DNA of 64,000 bases, taken from Planctomycetota bacterium. GTDB lineage: Bacteria > Planctomycetota > UBA1135 > UBA2386. Below, one piece after another: positions 54,929 through 64,000 of this stretch. The position numbers and the translations under genes are program-made. Numbering within the stretch: position 1 is the stretch's first letter; every line of letters begins with the position of its first letter. The notes under the pieces were generated by a model. It searched no databases. It had not been told where the DNA came from and was given only the letters and a program-made list of their open reading frames with translations. The stretch lies in contig JAQCBR010000006.1 of assembly GCA_027621295.1 (NCBI GenBank), positions 3,385 through 67,384 on the forward strand. The letters are read 5' to 3'.

Positions 54929-57544
54929 ATGTCCCCGGCGATGGCCCAATACGTCGCCGAGAAGGCCCGGCACCCGGACGCGCTGCTGTTCTTCCGGATG
55001 GGCGACTTCTACGAGCTGTTCTTCGACGACGCGAAGCGCGCCGCCGAGCTGCTCGAGATCACGCTCACCGCACGCAACAAGGGCGACGATCCGATCCCGA
55101 TGGCCGGTGTCCCGGTCCGGGCGGTCGACGGCTACCTGCGCCGCCTCGTCGAGCTCGGCCAGAAGGTCGCGATCTGCGAGCAGGTCCAGGACCCCAAGGA
55201 GGCCAAGGGGCTGGTCGAGCGTCGTGTCGTCCGGGTCGTCACCCCGGGCACGCTGACCGAGGACGACCTCCTCGGCGGCTCCAGCGCGAACCACCTTGCC
55301 GCGATCCACGTCTCCCGCGACGGCCAGGCCGGCCTCGCGTGGGTCGAGCTTTCGACGGGCGAGTTCAAGGTCCTCGAGTGCCCGGCGGGGAGACTCCTCG
55401 ACGAGATCGAACGCGTCGATCCTGCCGAAGTGCTCGTCGCGGAGGACCGCGAAGACTGGATCGAGGAGCTGGGTCGCGGCGACCGCGCGCTGACCCGACG
55501 CTCGGTCTACGACTTCGGACAGGACGCGGCGATCAAGGCGCTGACCGGGTTCTTCGGGACGAAGACGCTCGACGGCTTCGGCGTCGCCGAGGTGCCGACC
55601 GCCGTGCGTTCGGCCGGCGCGCTGATCACCTACCTGGGTGAGACCCAGCTCGCGTCGCTCCCCCACATCCGGCGACTCGAGGTCCACCGTCGCGGCGCGC
55701 ACATGATGCTCGACCGCGTGACGCGCCAGAGCCTGGAGCTCGTCGAGACGCTGCGCGGCGACGGTCGCGGCACGCCGGTCGTCGCGGTCATCGACCGGAC
55801 GCGGACGCCGATGGGCAAGCGACTGCTCCGTGACTGGGTGCTCTCCCCGCTCGCCGAGCCGGGTCCGATCCTCGCCCGGCAGGACGCCGTGGCGGAGCTG
55901 TTCGAGGCGCCGGCGACGGCCCGCGCGCTGTCCGATGCGCTCGCCGGCGTCCTCGACCTCCAGCGCCTGACGACCCGCATCGCGTGCGGACGCGCCAACG
56001 CGCGGGACCTCGTCGCGCTGCGGCGGAGCCTCGAGCGACTGCCGACGGTCCACGGTGCGCTCGCATCGTGCGCGTCTGCCCGCCTCGCCGGCATCCGTGA
56101 CGATCTGGATCTCCTGACCGACATCGCCGACGCGGTCGCGGCAGCGATCGTCGACGAGCCCCCGCCGACGATCCAGGACGGCGGACTGATCCGCGAAGGG
56201 CACGATCCCGAGCTCGACAAGCTGCTGTCGCTGGCTCGCAACGGCAAGGACTGGATCGCGCAGTTCCAGGCGCGCGAAGCCGCACGCCTCGGCATCGCGA
56301 ACCTCAAGGTCGGGTTCAACAAGGTCTTCGGCTACTACATCGAGATCACGCACGGCAACCGCCACGTCGAGGTGCCGCAGGAGTACTCGCGCAAGCAGAC
56401 GACGAAGAACGCCGAGCGCTACATCACCGACGAGCTCAAGCACTTCGAGTCCGACATCCTGACCGCGGAGGACCGCGCGAAGGCGCTGGAGTTCAGCCTC
56501 TTCGACGCGCTGCGTTCCCGGATCGCCGAGCAGCTCGACCGCCTGCAGCGCACCGCCGATCTGGTCGCCCAGCTCGACGTGCTCGTCGGCCTCGCGGTGG
56601 TCGCGAAGGAGCGCGACTACTGCCGCCCGAAGGTCGACGACAGCCGCGTGCTTTCGATCCGCGACGGCCGCCATCCGGTGATCGAGGCCACCCACGCGCA
56701 CGGTACCTTCGTCCCGAACGACACCGAGCTCTGCCCGGACGAACGGACGCTGGTCCTGCTGACCGGCCCCAACATGGCCGGCAAGTCGACCTACATCCGC
56801 CAGAACGCGCTGATCGTCCTCCTCGCCCAGATCGGCGCGTTCGTCCCGGCGAAGAGCGCCCACGTCGGCGTCGTCGACCGCGTGTTCACGCGGGTCGGCG
56901 CTTCGGACGACATCAGCCGCGGTGCGTCGACGTTCATGGTCGAGATGGTCGAGACCGCGAACATCCTGAACAACGCGACCGCCCAGAGCCTCGTGATCCT
57001 CGACGAGGTCGGCCGCGGGACTTCCACCTTCGACGGCCTCGCGCTCGCCTGGGCGATCGCCGAGGACCTGCACGACCGCATCGGCTGCCGCGGCCTGTTC
57101 GCCACCCACTACCACCAGATCACGCAGCTCGCCGAGACGTGTCGGGGCGTGGTCAACCAACGCGTCGCCGTCCGCGAGTGGGGCGACGAGATCGTCTTCC
57201 TCCACCGCATCGAGGAAGGGGCCACCGACCGCAGCTACGGTCTGCACGTCGGCCGGCTCGCCGGCATTCCGGACAACGTGCTGTCGCGCGCACGCTCGGT
57301 GCTCGAGCGCCTCGAGGACGACGGCGAGGCGGTGCAGCGCGCGCTCGGCGCACCGGTGGGCGCGACGAGCTCCGAACCCCAGCGCGCCGAGCAGCCGCAG
57401 CGACCGCACCAGCTCAACCTGTTCGAGTCCGATCGCGACCGCGTGCTCCGTGAGCTCGAGGCCGTCGATCTCGACGATCTCAGCCCCCGTGAAGCGGCCG
57501 CCCGGCTCGACGAGTGGCAGAGGGCGCTGCGCGGCGACGCGTGA
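54929..57544 (+). CDS. mutS: DNA mismatch repair protein MutS
   Basis: MSPAMAQYVAEK..FFRMGDFYELFFDDA, Walker A GPNMAGKST, STFMVEM, DEVGRGTSTFDG. ATG 54929 preferred over TTG 54911. Confidence 0.95.
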   Translation: MSPAMAQYVAEKARHPDALLFFRMGDFYELFFDDAKRAAELLEITLTARNKGDDPIPMAGVPVRAVDGYLRRLVELGQKVAICEQVQDPKEAKGLVERRVVRVVTPGTLTEDDLLGGSSANHLAAIHVSRDGQAGLAWVELSTGEFKVLECPAGRLLDEIERVDPAEVLVAEDREDWIEELGRGDRALTRRSVYDFGQDAAIKALTGFFGTKTLDGFGVAEVPTAVRSAGALITYLGETQLASLPHIRRLEVHRRGAHMMLDRVTRQSLELVETLRGDGRGTPVVAVIDRTRTPMGKRLLRDWVLSPLAEPGPILARQDAVAELFEAPATARALSDALAGVLDLQRLTTRIACGRANARDLVALRRSLERLPTVHGALASCASARLAGIRDDLDLLTDIADAVAAAIVDEPPPTIQDGGLIREGHDPELDKLLSLARNGKDWIAQFQAREAARLGIANLKVGFNKVFGYYIEITHGNRHVEVPQEYSRKQTTKNAERYITDELKHFESDILTAEDRAKALEFSLFDALRSRIAEQLDRLQRTADLVAQLDVLVGLAVVAKERDYCRPKVDDSRVLSIRDGRHPVIEATHAHGTFVPNDTELCPDERTLVLLTGPNMAGKSTYIRQNALIVLLAQIGAFVPAKSAHVGVVDRVFTRVGASDDISRGASTFMVEMVETANILNNATAQSLVILDEVGRGTSTFDGLALAWAIAEDLHDRIGCRGLFATHYHQITQLAETCRGVVNQRVAVREWGDEIVFLHRIEEGATDRSYGLHVGRLAGIPDNVLSRARSVLERLEDDGEAVQRALGAPVGATSSEPQRAEQPQRPHQLNLFESDRDRVLRELEAVDLDDLSPREAAARLDEWQRALRGDA

Positions 57545-57553
57545 ACGACCGGG

Positions 57554-57664
57554 TCAACGCGAGCCGGCGGTGACCATCGAGTAGATCAGGTAGCCGAGGC
57601 CGGCAACGAGCCCGAAGATCGTGAAGATCAGGACCGGGCCAGGGACGCGGGTGCGTTCGGTCAT
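57554..57664 (-). CDS. Possible 36-aa membrane peptide downstream of lptG
   Basis: MTERTRVPGPVLIFTIFGLVAGLGYLIYSMVTAGSR. One TM helix. About 30 of 35 third codon positions are G/C. Confidence 0.4.
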   Translation of the reverse strand: MTERTRVPGPVLIFTIFGLVAGLGYLIYSMVTAGSR

Positions 57665-57683
57665 GGGTGCGGCGGATTCTGGG

Positions 57684-58769
57684 TCAGGTGCGGACCGAAG
57701 AGAAGAAGACGACGCCGAAGGATCCGAAGACGATGGTCGGCAGCCAGGCGGCGAGGATCGGGTGGAGCAGCGACTTGCCGAGGTTCTGGCACGTGAGGTC
57801 CGCGACCACGTAGGCGGCACAGAGCAGCACGGCGAACACGACCCGCTCGATCCGGTTGCCGCGCTCGAAGTAGACCGCGAAGGGCAGCGCCAACAGGAGC
57901 AGGATCAGGTTCGCGAGCGGAAACGTCATGTGGCTGTGGAACGCGAGCACGAGGTCGCGCCGCCCGGGCCTCAGGTTCTGGAGGTCGAGCAGCTCGGAGT
58001 AGGAGAGCTGCACGGTCTCGCGCCCCTCCTTGCCGAGCCGCCACAGCAGATCGGGTTCGACGCCCGTCAGCCCGAGCAGCTCCTGGGCCAGGGACCGCGT
58101 CTCGGTCCGCCGCTCGCCGCCGGTCAGCACCCAGTCCGCGCGCTCCGCGTCCCAGACCGCCGCCTCCGCGGTCAGGAGCGAACTCTCCAGCCCCCCGACC
58201 TCCCGTTCGACCACCGACACGCCCTCCATCCGCTGGGCGTCATGCCGGTAGCGCTCGACGAAGAGCGTCTGGTCGACGCCCTCGCGCAGCTTGACGACGA
58301 GGCCCGAGAGTTCGGAGCTGGACTCGTCGCCCTCGAGCGCCTGACGCGCCGCGTCCAGCGGTTCCGCGATCTTGGGGATCACGTATTCCCAGGCACCCGC
58401 CATCGCGAGCGCCGACAGGAGCCCGAGAGCCAGGACCGGTGCCAGGACGCGCGACATGCTCCGACCGGTGAACACCATCGGCACGATCTCGTTCGCCGCC
58501 ATGTGCCGGGCGACAGCGAACATCCCCGCGATCACGCTGACGAACGGCCCGACCATCACGAAGACGAGCGGCAGCGACAGCGTGTAGTAGACGGCCATGT
58601 CGAACGTGAGTTCGCCGATCGACGCGCCGCGCGCCTCCGCCGCCTCCAGGAATCCCGACAGGTCGATCAGCAGGTTCACGAGCGTGAACAGGATCACCAT
58701 GAACAGGAGCCCGGCGCCGTACGAGCCGAGCACCGACCGGGCGAGGTAGAGATCGAGGCGTCCGATCAT
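57684..58769 (-). CDS. lptG: LPS export ABC permease, LptF/LptG (YjgP/YjgQ) family, second gene
   Basis: MIGRLDLYLARSVLGSYGAGLLFMVILF..., six TM segments with a large periplasmic loop. 361 aa. Confidence 0.8.
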   Translation of the reverse strand: MIGRLDLYLARSVLGSYGAGLLFMVILFTLVNLLIDLSGFLEAAEARGASIGELTFDMAVYYTLSLPLVFVMVGPFVSVIAGMFAVARHMAANEIVPMVFTGRSMSRVLAPVLALGLLSALAMAGAWEYVIPKIAEPLDAARQALEGDESSSELSGLVVKLREGVDQTLFVERYRHDAQRMEGVSVVEREVGGLESSLLTAEAAVWDAERADWVLTGGERRTETRSLAQELLGLTGVEPDLLWRLGKEGRETVQLSYSELLDLQNLRPGRRDLVLAFHSHMTFPLANLILLLLALPFAVYFERGNRIERVVFAVLLCAAYVVADLTCQNLGKSLLHPILAAWLPTIVFGSFGVVFFSSVRT

Positions 58770-58806
58770 CGGAGTCGAGAGCCGGGCAGCGGGACCTCGG
58801 CGCGGC

Positions 58807-59871
58807 TCATGCGCGCAGCAGCCTCCAGCAGAACGGCGTGCCGACGAGCGCGAGCAGGGCCGCGGGAAGGAACGCGAACGCGGCCTGATCGGTCGCGCGC
58901 ACGAGGTGCGCGCCGATGAAGTCGCCCAGGTAGAACACGACGATCGGGATCATCGCGAAGACGAGCGCCAGCACGCGACCACGGTCACGCGCGTAGACCC
59001 CGATCGCGAAGCCGATCGGGGCGAGGAGGCACGGCAGGAGCGCGAAGCAGGTCCGCTGCGCGACGTAGTAGCGCACCGCCTCCGGCCGGTCGTGGACCCC
59101 ACGCGCGACTTCCGCGAGCAGCTGGTCGCTGCTCATGTCCCGCTCGTCCTCGTCGCGCCTCGATCCTTCGGTGATCTCGCGGAGGTTGACGCTGATCCGC
59201 GTCTCCTCCGGGAGCCGCCGGTCACCGACCGCGTCGCGCGCTTCGCGCAGCACCAGGACGAGCCGTTCGTCGTCCTCGATCTCGACCGCCGCGGACTCGG
59301 CCAGGAAAAGCCCCTCGCCGAGCGGACCGCCGGTCGTACCGCCGCCCCGCACCTGGATCAGCACGTCGCGCCACGCGCCGCTCTCGTCCTTCGACTCCCA
59401 GGTCATCATCAGGCCGCCGTAGCTGAAACGATCGCCCATCAGGCCGGTCTGCAGGAGCACGCTGCGGACGGTCTCCGCGACGACCCGGTACTTCCAGTAG
59501 TGCGCGCGCGGCACCATCCAGTGCAGCGCCCAGCTGGCGATGATGCTGAACACGATCCCGATCAGGAGTGCCGGGACCATCGCCACCCGAGGGCTCACGC
59601 CGGCGCTGCGGATCGCCGTGATCTCACGGTCCTGCGACGCGCGCGCGTAGGTGAGCACCGTGCCGAACAGGAGCGCGATCGGCAGCAGGTGCGGCAGCGT
59701 GTCGACCGCCCACAGGAACGTGATCAGGAATGCGTCGACCAGCGAGAAGCCCTCGGCCTTGCTGATCCCCCGGTAGACCAGGGACACGAGCAGGATGCCG
59801 AACAGGACCACGAAGGTGATCGACGCGCTGACGCCAACCTCCTTCAGGTAGTATCGGTGGAGCTTCCACAT
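58807..59871 (-). CDS. lptF: LPS export ABC permease, LptF/LptG family, first gene
   Basis: MWKLHRYYLKEVGVSASITFVVLFGILL..., REITAIRSAGVSP. Inner ATG of track ORF 58807..60090. Confidence 0.8.
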   Translation of the reverse strand: MWKLHRYYLKEVGVSASITFVVLFGILLVSLVYRGISKAEGFSLVDAFLITFLWAVDTLPHLLPIALLFGTVLTYARASQDREITAIRSAGVSPRVAMVPALLIGIVFSIIASWALHWMVPRAHYWKYRVVAETVRSVLLQTGLMGDRFSYGGLMMTWESKDESGAWRDVLIQVRGGGTTGGPLGEGLFLAESAAVEIEDDERLVLVLREARDAVGDRRLPEETRISVNLREITEGSRRDEDERDMSSDQLLAEVARGVHDRPEAVRYYVAQRTCFALLPCLLAPIGFAIGVYARDRGRVLALVFAMIPIVVFYLGDFIGAHLVRATDQAAFAFLPAALLALVGTPFCWRLLRA

Positions 59872-59914
59872 GGGTCCGACGCCGCCGAGTTCCGGGACCC
59901 GCGACGCCGACATT

Positions 59915-61408
59915 GTGACGTTGCGGGGTGCCTCGTGCACTGGTCTGTGCGCGTCCGTCGTCGCCGAGTCGCTGGCACGCTGGTTCGAGCGGGACGACCC
60001 GTTCGCGTGGCCAGGCCTCGTCGAGGTCAAGTCCTCGACCGTCCGCACCGTTTCCCGGGGAACGCTCGGCGACCAAGACGTCCACCTCAAGCTCTACCGC
60101 GCGGTCAGGATCTCGGACCGCGCGCGCGACGCGCTGTCCGGCGCACGGGGCGTCAAGGAGTTCGGCAACCTGCGTGAGGCCCGGGCCCGGGGACTCCCGG
60201 TCGTCACACCGCTGGCTGCCGGCAGGTTCTCGGGCACGTTCGGGTCGCGGAGCTTCCTGATCACGGCGACCGTCGAGGACGCCACTCCGCTGGACCGGGG
60301 GCCCCTGCCGCCCGCACTCGCCCGCGAGGCGGGCCGGCTGCTCCGCCGCGCGCACGACGCCGGCCTGCGCGCCCTCGACCTCCACCCCGGCAACGTGCTC
60401 GTCACGCCGGACGGCCGACTCCACCTGCTGGACCTGCACAGCGCCGTTCTCACCGAGCCCGTCGACGACGGCGAGCGGGCGCGGTCGCTCGCGTTCTTCT
60501 GCCTCGGCCTGGACGGCGGCGTGCGCTCCCCCGCCGCGGCCCCGCTGCTCGACGGCTACCGCGCGTCGGCGACGCTGATCGAGAAGGCGGGGCGGATCGG
60601 GCGCACCCAGCGCAACCACGCCCTCGCCGCGTTCGGGCGGAGAGCGACGCGGGCGTGTCGGCACACTGCGGTGTCCCGGATCACGGATGGCGCCAGCTAC
60701 GAGCGCAAGGATGCCCCGGCAGAGCTGCTGGAGGCGGCGGCCGCGTTCCGGGCGGGCGACCGCCCGGAGCCGCTGAAGTCAGGGCGCCGCGGCGCGGTGT
60801 GGCTGACGGACTCCCTGGCGGTCAAGCAGCGCCCGGCTGCTGCGGCCATGCGCCTGTTCCGGGCGTCGTTCTGGCTCGAGTTCTGCGACGTGCCGACGCC
60901 GCGCCCGGTCGCGCTGCACGTGCACCGCGGCCGGGGCCTCGTCGCCGCCACGCGCATCCCCGCGCCCGACTTCGCCACCGAGCTGCGGAGCGCTTCTCTG
61001 TCCCCGGCAGCGCTCACGGACGCAGCGCGGAGCCTCGGACGCAGCGTCGGCCGACTCCACGCGCACGGGCTGCGCAACCGCGACCTGAAGTTCGACAACC
61101 TGGTCCGCGATCCCGACAGCGGCTCCCTGCTGATCGTCGACCTGGACGGCGTCCGGCGGAAGACGCCGCTCGACCACCGCGGCCGCGCCGCCGACCTCGG
61201 TCGCGTGCTCGCGGCGTGGGATGACGGGCACCTCGGAGACAGGGCGGTCCACGCGCTCGTGGTCCGCGTGTTCTGGGCTGCGTATCATCGCGCGCTCCGT
61301 TGTCTCCAAACGACCAGCAAGAAAGACCTGAGGCGGCGTTCCGAGGCACGCGCCCGCGAGTGGCGGCAGTCGCACCCGGAGGCGGCCGGCCACGACGTCG
61401 GTTCCTGA
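59915..61408 (+). CDS. Tandem-domain lipopolysaccharide kinase (Kdo/WaaP) family protein
   Basis: Half 1: HLKLYR ... AHDAGLRALDLHPGNVLV ... LLDLH. Half 2: LAVKQRP ... LHAHGLRNRDLKFDNLV ... IVDLDG. Start uncertain: GTG 59915 is preferred because ATG 59870 overlaps the lptF start codon. Confidence 0.7.
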   Translation: MTLRGASCTGLCASVVAESLARWFERDDPFAWPGLVEVKSSTVRTVSRGTLGDQDVHLKLYRAVRISDRARDALSGARGVKEFGNLREARARGLPVVTPLAAGRFSGTFGSRSFLITATVEDATPLDRGPLPPALAREAGRLLRRAHDAGLRALDLHPGNVLVTPDGRLHLLDLHSAVLTEPVDDGERARSLAFFCLGLDGGVRSPAAAPLLDGYRASATLIEKAGRIGRTQRNHALAAFGRRATRACRHTAVSRITDGASYERKDAPAELLEAAAAFRAGDRPEPLKSGRRGAVWLTDSLAVKQRPAAAAMRLFRASFWLEFCDVPTPRPVALHVHRGRGLVAATRIPAPDFATELRSASLSPAALTDAARSLGRSVGRLHAHGLRNRDLKFDNLVRDPDSGSLLIVDLDGVRRKTPLDHRGRAADLGRVLAAWDDGHLGDRAVHALVVRVFWAAYHRALRCLQTTSKKDLRRRSEARAREWRQSHPEAAGHDVGS

Positions 61409-62355
61409 AGACCCTGCGCCGCGACATCGCGTACTTCGCGATCCTGGGCCCGATCCTGACCCTTCTCGAGCGCGGACCTGGCTTCTTGGTGCGGGCGCTG
61501 CTCTGGGGCATCGAACCGCTCGCGCACCTCGGCACGCGACGGCTCTCGGAGCTCCACCTGCAGAAGGTCTACGGCGACGAGCTGTCGGTCCCTGACCGCC
61601 GACGCCTCGCGCGGTCGGTCACGCGCAACTTCGTGCAGGGAATCGGCGAGATCTCACGGGCACTGCGGGAGGGCCCGGCCCGCGTCACGACCTGGGTCGC
61701 GTGCGAGGATGCGATCCGGAAGCTCGAGCAGCTGGCCGCCGACCTGCCGCGCGGGTTCCTCGCCGTCTCCGGCCACATCGGCAACTGGGAGGTGGCGGGC
61801 AGCGTGGTCGCCCAACACTACGCGCCGGGACTCGCCGCCGTGATCGGCCGGCGCCACCCGAACGCGCGCCTCAACGCGCGGATCGAGCGGCTGCGCGCCC
61901 GACTCGGCATGCCGACGTTCTACCGGGACGAGTCGCCGACGATCCCGATCCGCGCGCTGCGGCGCGGCCAGTGCGTGGCGATCGTTCCGGACCAGGACAT
62001 CAAGAACATCGCCGGCATGTTCGTCGACTTCCTGGGTCACCGCGCCTACACGCCCGTGGGGCCTGCCCGGATGGCCCTGGCAGCGGACGTGCCGATGGTC
62101 TGCATCTTCCTGACGCGCGGACCGGACGGGACGCTTCGACTGCGCGTGGGTGACCCGATCTTCCCCGACACGCGTGCGCCGCGCGCCGCGGAGATCGAGC
62201 GTCTGACCCTCGCGTGGAGCCACGAGCTCGAGGACCAGATCCGTGCCACTCCCGAACAGTGGGTCTGGTTCCACCAGCGCTGGAAGTCGACCCCCGAGTC
62301 GCTCGCGGCCCGCGGGCGCGCGGCGCTCGTCTTCCAGTCAGCGGGCGACAGCTGA
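61360..62355 (+). CDS. Lipid A biosynthesis (LpxL/HtrB-type) lysophospholipid acyltransferase
   Basis: HX4(D/E)-type block SGHIGNWEV, IVPDQD, PVGPARMAL. GTG 61360 is the only conventional start upstream of the N-terminal hydrophobic helix and overlaps the kinase gene by 49 nt. Confidence 0.75.
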   Translation: MAAVAPGGGRPRRRFLKTLRRDIAYFAILGPILTLLERGPGFLVRALLWGIEPLAHLGTRRLSELHLQKVYGDELSVPDRRRLARSVTRNFVQGIGEISRALREGPARVTTWVACEDAIRKLEQLAADLPRGFLAVSGHIGNWEVAGSVVAQHYAPGLAAVIGRRHPNARLNARIERLRARLGMPTFYRDESPTIPIRALRRGQCVAIVPDQDIKNIAGMFVDFLGHRAYTPVGPARMALAADVPMVCIFLTRGPDGTLRLRVGDPIFPDTRAPRAAEIERLTLAWSHELEDQIRATPEQWVWFHQRWKSTPESLAARGRAALVFQSAGDS

Positions 62356-62375
62356 GCCTGATCTTGCCGGCCGCG

Positions 62376-63749
62376 TCAGCGACCGGCTTCGAGCGAGGCC
62401 AGTCGCCGCCGCGCCTCGGCGTCCCAGTCGGGCATCCCCGCCCGCTCGATCAACGCCCGGAGCTCTGCCGCTGCTCGCGCTACTTCGTCGCTGGCGAGCA
62501 GCGGCTCGAGCCGACGCATCTCCGACTCGAACTCGGCGCGACCCGCGACCACGAAGCGATCCCGCTCCGCCTCGACCTCCGCACGCCCGGGCGCGTCCGC
62601 AGCGGAAGCATCGAGCCACGCCGACAGGACCCGCACGGCGTCGGGGTAGTGGCGCGGCAGGAATCGCGCGCGCCGCTGTGCCCGGAACAGCACGTCCGCA
62701 GCCTCGTCGGGCTCGTTCGCCGCCGCCGACACCCGACAGCGCGCCGCCAGCGCCTCGACCTCGTCGAGCCACTCACGCGCATCGTCGGCGCGCGCGGTCG
62801 CCCGGTGCTCGTCGACCCATGCGCCGCAGAGCGCGAGTCCTTCACGGGCGGCCGGCCGCAGCGGCGGATCATCGGACAGGTGCCTGGTCGCGAAGCGGCG
62901 CAGCTGGTCCAGATCCCGGAACGCTCGATCCCGTGCGTCCTGCTCGGCCCTGACCTCCTCGGCCACGTCGAGCGTGCGTCGCATCCGGTGGATGCGCGCC
63001 ACCTCTTCCGGCGTCGGCCCCTTCGCCAACGCCATTTCGAGCGTGGCCCGCGCATCATCCACAGCCCCCGAGGCGCGCTGCGTCTCGGCGAGCCGGACCA
63101 GGTCGGTGACCGACTTCAGCTCACCGGGCCCGCCGAGGCAGCGATGCAGCACGAGTCCGAGTGCCACCGCCGCGACGGCGGCGTTCCAGCGGATCATCCG
63201 CGACGACGGGCCCGAGGCAGCCGCGGGGCGGCGGGCCTCGTCCTCGACCGCCCGACGCGGCGCCGCATCGGGTCGCACCGCGCGCCGTGATGGCAAAGGG
63301 CCGGTGCCCTTCGGCGCGCGCGTCATGCCCGGCGCAGGCACGATCGGAACCGGAGCCCGCGTGACGCCGGGCAGAGCCTGGATCTGGATCCCCAAGCCCG
63401 CGGGAGCCGCGGCGACCTCGCCCGCGGACGGCTCGGGCAGCACGACCTCGGGCTCCTCGCACCCGTCCTCCCAGAACGCGAGCGCGACGTCGGCGACGTC
63501 GATGCGGTCGCCGTGGGACAACATGTGCGCCCGCCTCGATCGGCCCCCGACCCTGAGTTCGGCCTCGTCGACCGCCGGCTCGACCCGGACCCGGTCGTCG
63601 CCCAGCAGGAAGAAGCGCAGGTGCGTCGGCTCCACGCCAGGACGATCCAGCCGCAGGACGTTGTTCGGCCCCGCGCCGAGCGTGAACTCGTCGTCGAGGA
63701 TCGCGAACACCTGGCGTCGCTCTCCGCTGCGGATCAGGAGTCTCGCCAT
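62376..63749 (-). CDS. FHA domain - Pro-rich linker - TM helix - helical C-terminal domain protein (457 aa)
   Basis: FHA-like N-terminus (FTLGAGPNNVLRLDRPGVEPTHLRF...LSHGDRIDVADVALAFWE). TM helix WNAAVAAVALGLVLHRCL. C-terminal Ala/Arg/Glu-rich helical region. Confidence 0.7.
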   Translation of the reverse strand: MARLLIRSGERRQVFAILDDEFTLGAGPNNVLRLDRPGVEPTHLRFFLLGDDRVRVEPAVDEAELRVGGRSRRAHMLSHGDRIDVADVALAFWEDGCEEPEVVLPEPSAGEVAAAPAGLGIQIQALPGVTRAPVPIVPAPGMTRAPKGTGPLPSRRAVRPDAAPRRAVEDEARRPAAASGPSSRMIRWNAAVAAVALGLVLHRCLGGPGELKSVTDLVRLAETQRASGAVDDARATLEMALAKGPTPEEVARIHRMRRTLDVAEEVRAEQDARDRAFRDLDQLRRFATRHLSDDPPLRPAAREGLALCGAWVDEHRATARADDAREWLDEVEALAARCRVSAAANEPDEAADVLFRAQRRARFLPRHYPDAVRVLSAWLDASAADAPGRAEVEAERDRFVVAGRAEFESEMRRLEPLLASDEVARAAAELRALIERAGMPDWDAEARRRLASLEAGR

Positions 63750-63838
63750 CGCACGGAACTCTAGCGACGCGCGGTGGCGCCACCATCGCGAGCGGGATCG
63801 GGGGCTGCGAAGGCGGACGCAGATATGCTCGGCCGCGC

Positions 63839-64000
63839 ATGGCAGTTCGGCCCGACGACCGCAGGCTTCCCCGCAACGTCGTGCTGCTCGGGATGGTCAG
63901 CCTGTTCACCGACCTGGGGTCGGAGATGGTCGTGCCGCTGCTCCCCGCCTTCGTCGAGGGACTCGGCGGTGGAGCTCTCGCGCTCAGCCGGATCGAGGGA
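63839..64000 (+). CDS. MFS transporter, N-terminal fragment (runs off the right window edge)
   Basis: MAVRPDDRRLPRNVVLLGMVSLFTDLGSEMVVPLLPAFVEGLGGGALALSRIEG matches the common MFS N-terminal pattern. Not in the ORF track because there is no stop in the window. Confidence 0.65.
   Translation, partial: MAVRPDDRRLPRNVVLLGMVSLFTDLGSEMVVPLLPAFVEGLGGGALALSRIEG

Noticed and set aside
59870-59914. ATG at 59870 as start of the LPS-kinase-like gene
   Set aside because: It shares two nucleotides with the divergent lptF start codon (59869-59871), leaving no promoter space. The downstream GTG 59915 is preferred, but this is unresolved.
63773-63784. Perfect 12-bp palindrome GGTGGCGCCACC in the divergent spacer between the FHA membrane protein and the MFS gene
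   Set aside because: GC-only palindromes of this length are expected by chance several times in 64 kb of this composition. No second half-site or repeat nearby.
1-64000. Search for CRISPR arrays, IS elements, integrases, prophage genes, rRNA and tRNA
   Set aside because: None seen. The only exact tandem repeat found is the 2 x 20-bp unit at 47811-47850, which is too short and too few copies for a CRISPR array. No recombinase-like ORF is present, and all non-coding gaps are under 300 nt.

Overview
Very GC-rich (judged by eye, not computed), gene-dense chromosomal segment from a diderm, LPS-making bacterium. I call about 58 protein-coding genes. I found no rRNA, tRNA, CRISPR array, transposase or integrase. 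Most of the window is core housekeeping in long co-directional runs, many with 4-nt start/stop overlaps: priA; pgpA-pgsA-rimO; rplI-rpsR-rpsF-pth-rplY(ctc)-prs-glmU; gnd-pgi; shikimate genes (aroA-aroK fusion, aroC, DAHP synthase); prmA-coaC-gmk-yicC, secG, tpiA; cysteine desulfurase-mutS; lptF-lptG next to an LPS-kinase-like gene and an lpxL-type acyltransferase. Gene content would fit a Planctomycetota-like lineage: many exported Asp-box/BNR and NHL proteins, sulfotransferases, FHA modules, frequent GTG/TTG starts and weak Shine-Dalgarno signals. That placement is inference only. The best candidate for something undescribed is the 30.85-37.8 kb block. It holds a KpsS/KpsC-like transferase, a cytoplasmic GH31 enzyme, a membrane-anchored ASST-type beta-propeller, two tiny membrane proteins and a PAPS-type sulfotransferase, several of them translationally coupled. 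I read it as a possible glycoconjugate sulfation or remodelling module. Secondary candidates are two tandem paralogous exported proteins of unknown function separated by a perfect 2x20-bp tandem repeat (46.45-49.2 kb), an FHA-GAF regulator whose sigma54-type AAA+ domain looks ATPase-dead (51.9-53.7 kb), an NHL plus NIDO-like exported protein, a diheme cytochrome c fused to an EB_dh-like domain, and several enzyme fusions. Many long ORFs in the supplied track are antisense shadow ORFs typical of high-GC DNA and were rejected. All family assignments come from motif recognition by eye. No database search was run.
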